64,000 nt of DNA from Sedimentisphaerales bacterium (lineage in GTDB: Bacteria > Planctomycetota > Phycisphaerae > Sedimentisphaerales > SM23-30): assembly GCA_963666285.1 (NCBI GenBank), contig OY762711.1; one strand, given 5' to 3'. The position numbers were made by a program, and so were the translations under genes. This document shows, piece after piece, positions 61,965 to 64,000 of the stretch; position 1 is the first letter of the stretch; each line of letters begins with the position of its first letter. Under the pieces are notes generated by a model, which was not told the DNA's origin, searched no databases, and was given only the letters and a program-made list of their open reading frames with translations.

Positions 61965-63767
61965 CTAAAACTCGTCGATTATCTGTTCCTTTTGCTCTCT
62001 CCTGTAGTCAAACCACTCCTCCTTGATCAGTTCAGGTGCCATTGCTATAACTTCCTTAGCGGCTTTATTATAGCTTTTGCCGCTTTCCTCCATCACCTCG
62101 GCATAAAATGTTGTCGCATATTCTAATGTGTAAGTATTCTTTAATTTTGAGTGGTTCTTAATTAGAATAGCTATGCTTCGTTTTATGTTTGTTATACCTT
62201 CGTCAAAATCGTCCATTTGCCAGTTTATTTCTGCCAGGTCTAGCAGGTTATATGCTATATTCAAATCATCCTCCGGCAAATAGCCTGAATTAACCTCTAA
62301 TGCCTTGGTAATATGTTTTTTTGCCAGAGAATTTTTATCAGCATACATATATATTCTACCCAGGTCACCATGGCATAAAGCTATAATATTGTTAACTTTT
62401 ATATAGGATTTCTCGGCGGCATCCAATACTTCTTTAATTAGCTTTTCGGCTTCATCTGTTCGAAAGTCATCAGTATATACTCTTGACAACCATATCTTTG
62501 TATTCCAGACAAATATATGATCATCTCCAAAACTGTTTCTGGTGATCTCAAGGGATCTCTTAAATGTTGCCTCCGCCAGAGTATTCCACTCATAATGATA
62601 ATATATTATACCCATACCGCATAAACTGTCGGCAAATGATGGGTGATCGGTACTGTGATATTTACCATGAATCTGGAGATTTGTATTTGCATAGTTTTGC
62701 GCTTCAATGAAGTTGTCTGCTTCCATGCAGTACCTCTCCATATTGCCCAGGCTGAAATCTATCTCCGGGTGTAATGCCCCGTATGTTTCCTTGGCCATTT
62801 CCAGTGAGCGTCTGCATAAATCTTCTGCTTCATCGAAGTTTTTAAGATCGAAATAAAGACTTATCTGCAGGTTCAAATAATTAATAAGGTCTCGTCTGTT
62901 AACTGTTTCTGATTCTTTTATAATCGAAAAATACCTGCCCGCAATTGCTTTCATATCTTTTGTATTATCTGTCAGGATAGCCAGGTATTCCAGCGGGCAT
63001 AAATGGTATAGTATGTTTGTATTATCTTTTCCGTATGATGCTTCCGCAGTTGCCACTGAACTTTTAGTTGTTGTTTCAGCTTTTTTCAGGTCGTAGGTTA
63101 TACAGTATAGAAATGCCATTACGTTCAATACTTCAGCAGTCTTGGCATGGTTCTCGCCATATTCACTTTCTGCCAGCTTGAGAGCTTCATTTAATACTTT
63201 ATTCGCTTCCTCGAATTTTGCTCGTTCGAACAAAATTTCGCCAAGATACCTCAGTTCCTCTGCTCGAAGCTTTTTCTCACTTCCCGGGCAGTATCCTAAT
63301 GCTTCCCGGTATGACTCTTCTGTTAGTTTATATTCTGGTATTGCTTTATGCAGTGTGGCTTTTATATTCAGAGTGTCAATTATGGATTTCCTGCTGGCAT
63401 CTGACGGCTCCGTCTGGCTTTCAAACTCCTTGCGTTCCAGTTCTAGACCCTGGGCTATCAGCTTATGTGCTTCCTCAAATTCTCCTTTTTCGATTGCGGC
63501 CCTGGTTTGATTTTTCAGCTCATTAACTTTAGAATTTCCAGATTCTATTCCTTTCCAGTTATCCAGAACTACCTGGTAATAGAACGGGATTTTACTATTG
63601 GATTTTTCATACTTCTCGTTTACAACTTTTAATATTTCTTCTGCAGTGATATTATCTAAGTCAATTTCTTCTGCGCAGATAGCTTTCCCGACATTAATAC
63701 ACAAAGTGTAAAGTATTACCAGTAAAAACACCAACCTGAATTTATCCACATATTTCCCAGATATCAT
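61965..63767 (-). CDS. Exported or membrane-anchored tetratricopeptide repeat protein
   Basis: Hydrophobic N-terminus; ~42-aa repeats YGENHAKTA, YGALHPEI, STDHPSFA, FGDDHIF. Confidence 0.82.
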   Translation of the reverse strand: MISGKYVDKFRLVFLLVILYTLCINVGKAICAEEIDLDNITAEEILKVVNEKYEKSNSKIPFYYQVVLDNWKGIESGNSKVNELKNQTRAAIEKGEFEEAHKLIAQGLELERKEFESQTEPSDASRKSIIDTLNIKATLHKAIPEYKLTEESYREALGYCPGSEKKLRAEELRYLGEILFERAKFEEANKVLNEALKLAESEYGENHAKTAEVLNVMAFLYCITYDLKKAETTTKSSVATAEASYGKDNTNILYHLCPLEYLAILTDNTKDMKAIAGRYFSIIKESETVNRRDLINYLNLQISLYFDLKNFDEAEDLCRRSLEMAKETYGALHPEIDFSLGNMERYCMEADNFIEAQNYANTNLQIHGKYHSTDHPSFADSLCGMGIIYYHYEWNTLAEATFKRSLEITRNSFGDDHIFVWNTKIWLSRVYTDDFRTDEAEKLIKEVLDAAEKSYIKVNNIIALCHGDLGRIYMYADKNSLAKKHITKALEVNSGYLPEDDLNIAYNLLDLAEINWQMDDFDEGITNIKRSIAILIKNHSKLKNTYTLEYATTFYAEVMEESGKSYNKAAKEVIAMAPELIKEEWFDYRREQKEQIIDEF

Positions 63768-64000
63768 AATTCTCTCCGTGAAAAGTTCTTAACCAAATTA
63801 TTATCAAACAACAACTCAATTATCGCTGAAATCTATCTCAGAGTCAACTTTTATATTTACTGGATACTTCACAGATACCAATTGTCACTGTTGCATAACT
63901 GTTGCATATTTGAATAGTGCAATAGTTGGCTATATTATGTTGATATTCTGCTGCTTAGCAACTTTCCGGCCCATATGTCATATCTATTATGGCTTCCAAC

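Overview
Gene-dense, AT-rich bacterial window. PEP-CTERM/VPAPGA-tailed proteins, a DUF1559-type prepilin-like protein, dockerin-like C-termini and an ECF sigma/FecR pair suggest a planctomycete, probably Phycisphaerae/Sedimentisphaerales (inference). Contents in order: a large secreted LamG/Ig protein, hom, an orphan oligopeptide ABC ATPase, a plant-type glucuronokinase-like kinase, a GT4, a partial chemotaxis cluster (REC, CheD-REC fusion, cheB, cheV), a TetR-controlled RND pump, a clan-CD protease-like protein, a MITE-like palindrome, an MCP, a membrane spermidine-synthase-like fusion, ECF/FecR, a divergent metal locus (DUF2946-like RSPP leader ORF, pilin-like protein and two His-rich TIGR03769-like surface proteins on one strand; Cys/His-rich ORF plus a czcCBA-like pump on the other), a DUF6915-like/Cache/PAS/DUF294 nucleotidyltransferase receptor next to a class I glutamine amidotransferase, a MacAB-TolC-like exporter, a GH2 beta-galactosidase, two VPAPGA-CTERM proteins, a flavin disulfide oxidoreductase, a candidate sRNA, a frameshifted gene, deaD, sulP and a TPR protein. 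The best candidates for undescribed systems are the transmembrane sensor-nucleotidyltransferase (38.6-42.0 kb) and the putative arrest-peptide-led surface metal-scavenging operon (28.7-38.6 kb). I saw no rRNA, tRNA, CRISPR array or transposase. All domain calls come from motif recognition by eye, not database searches.
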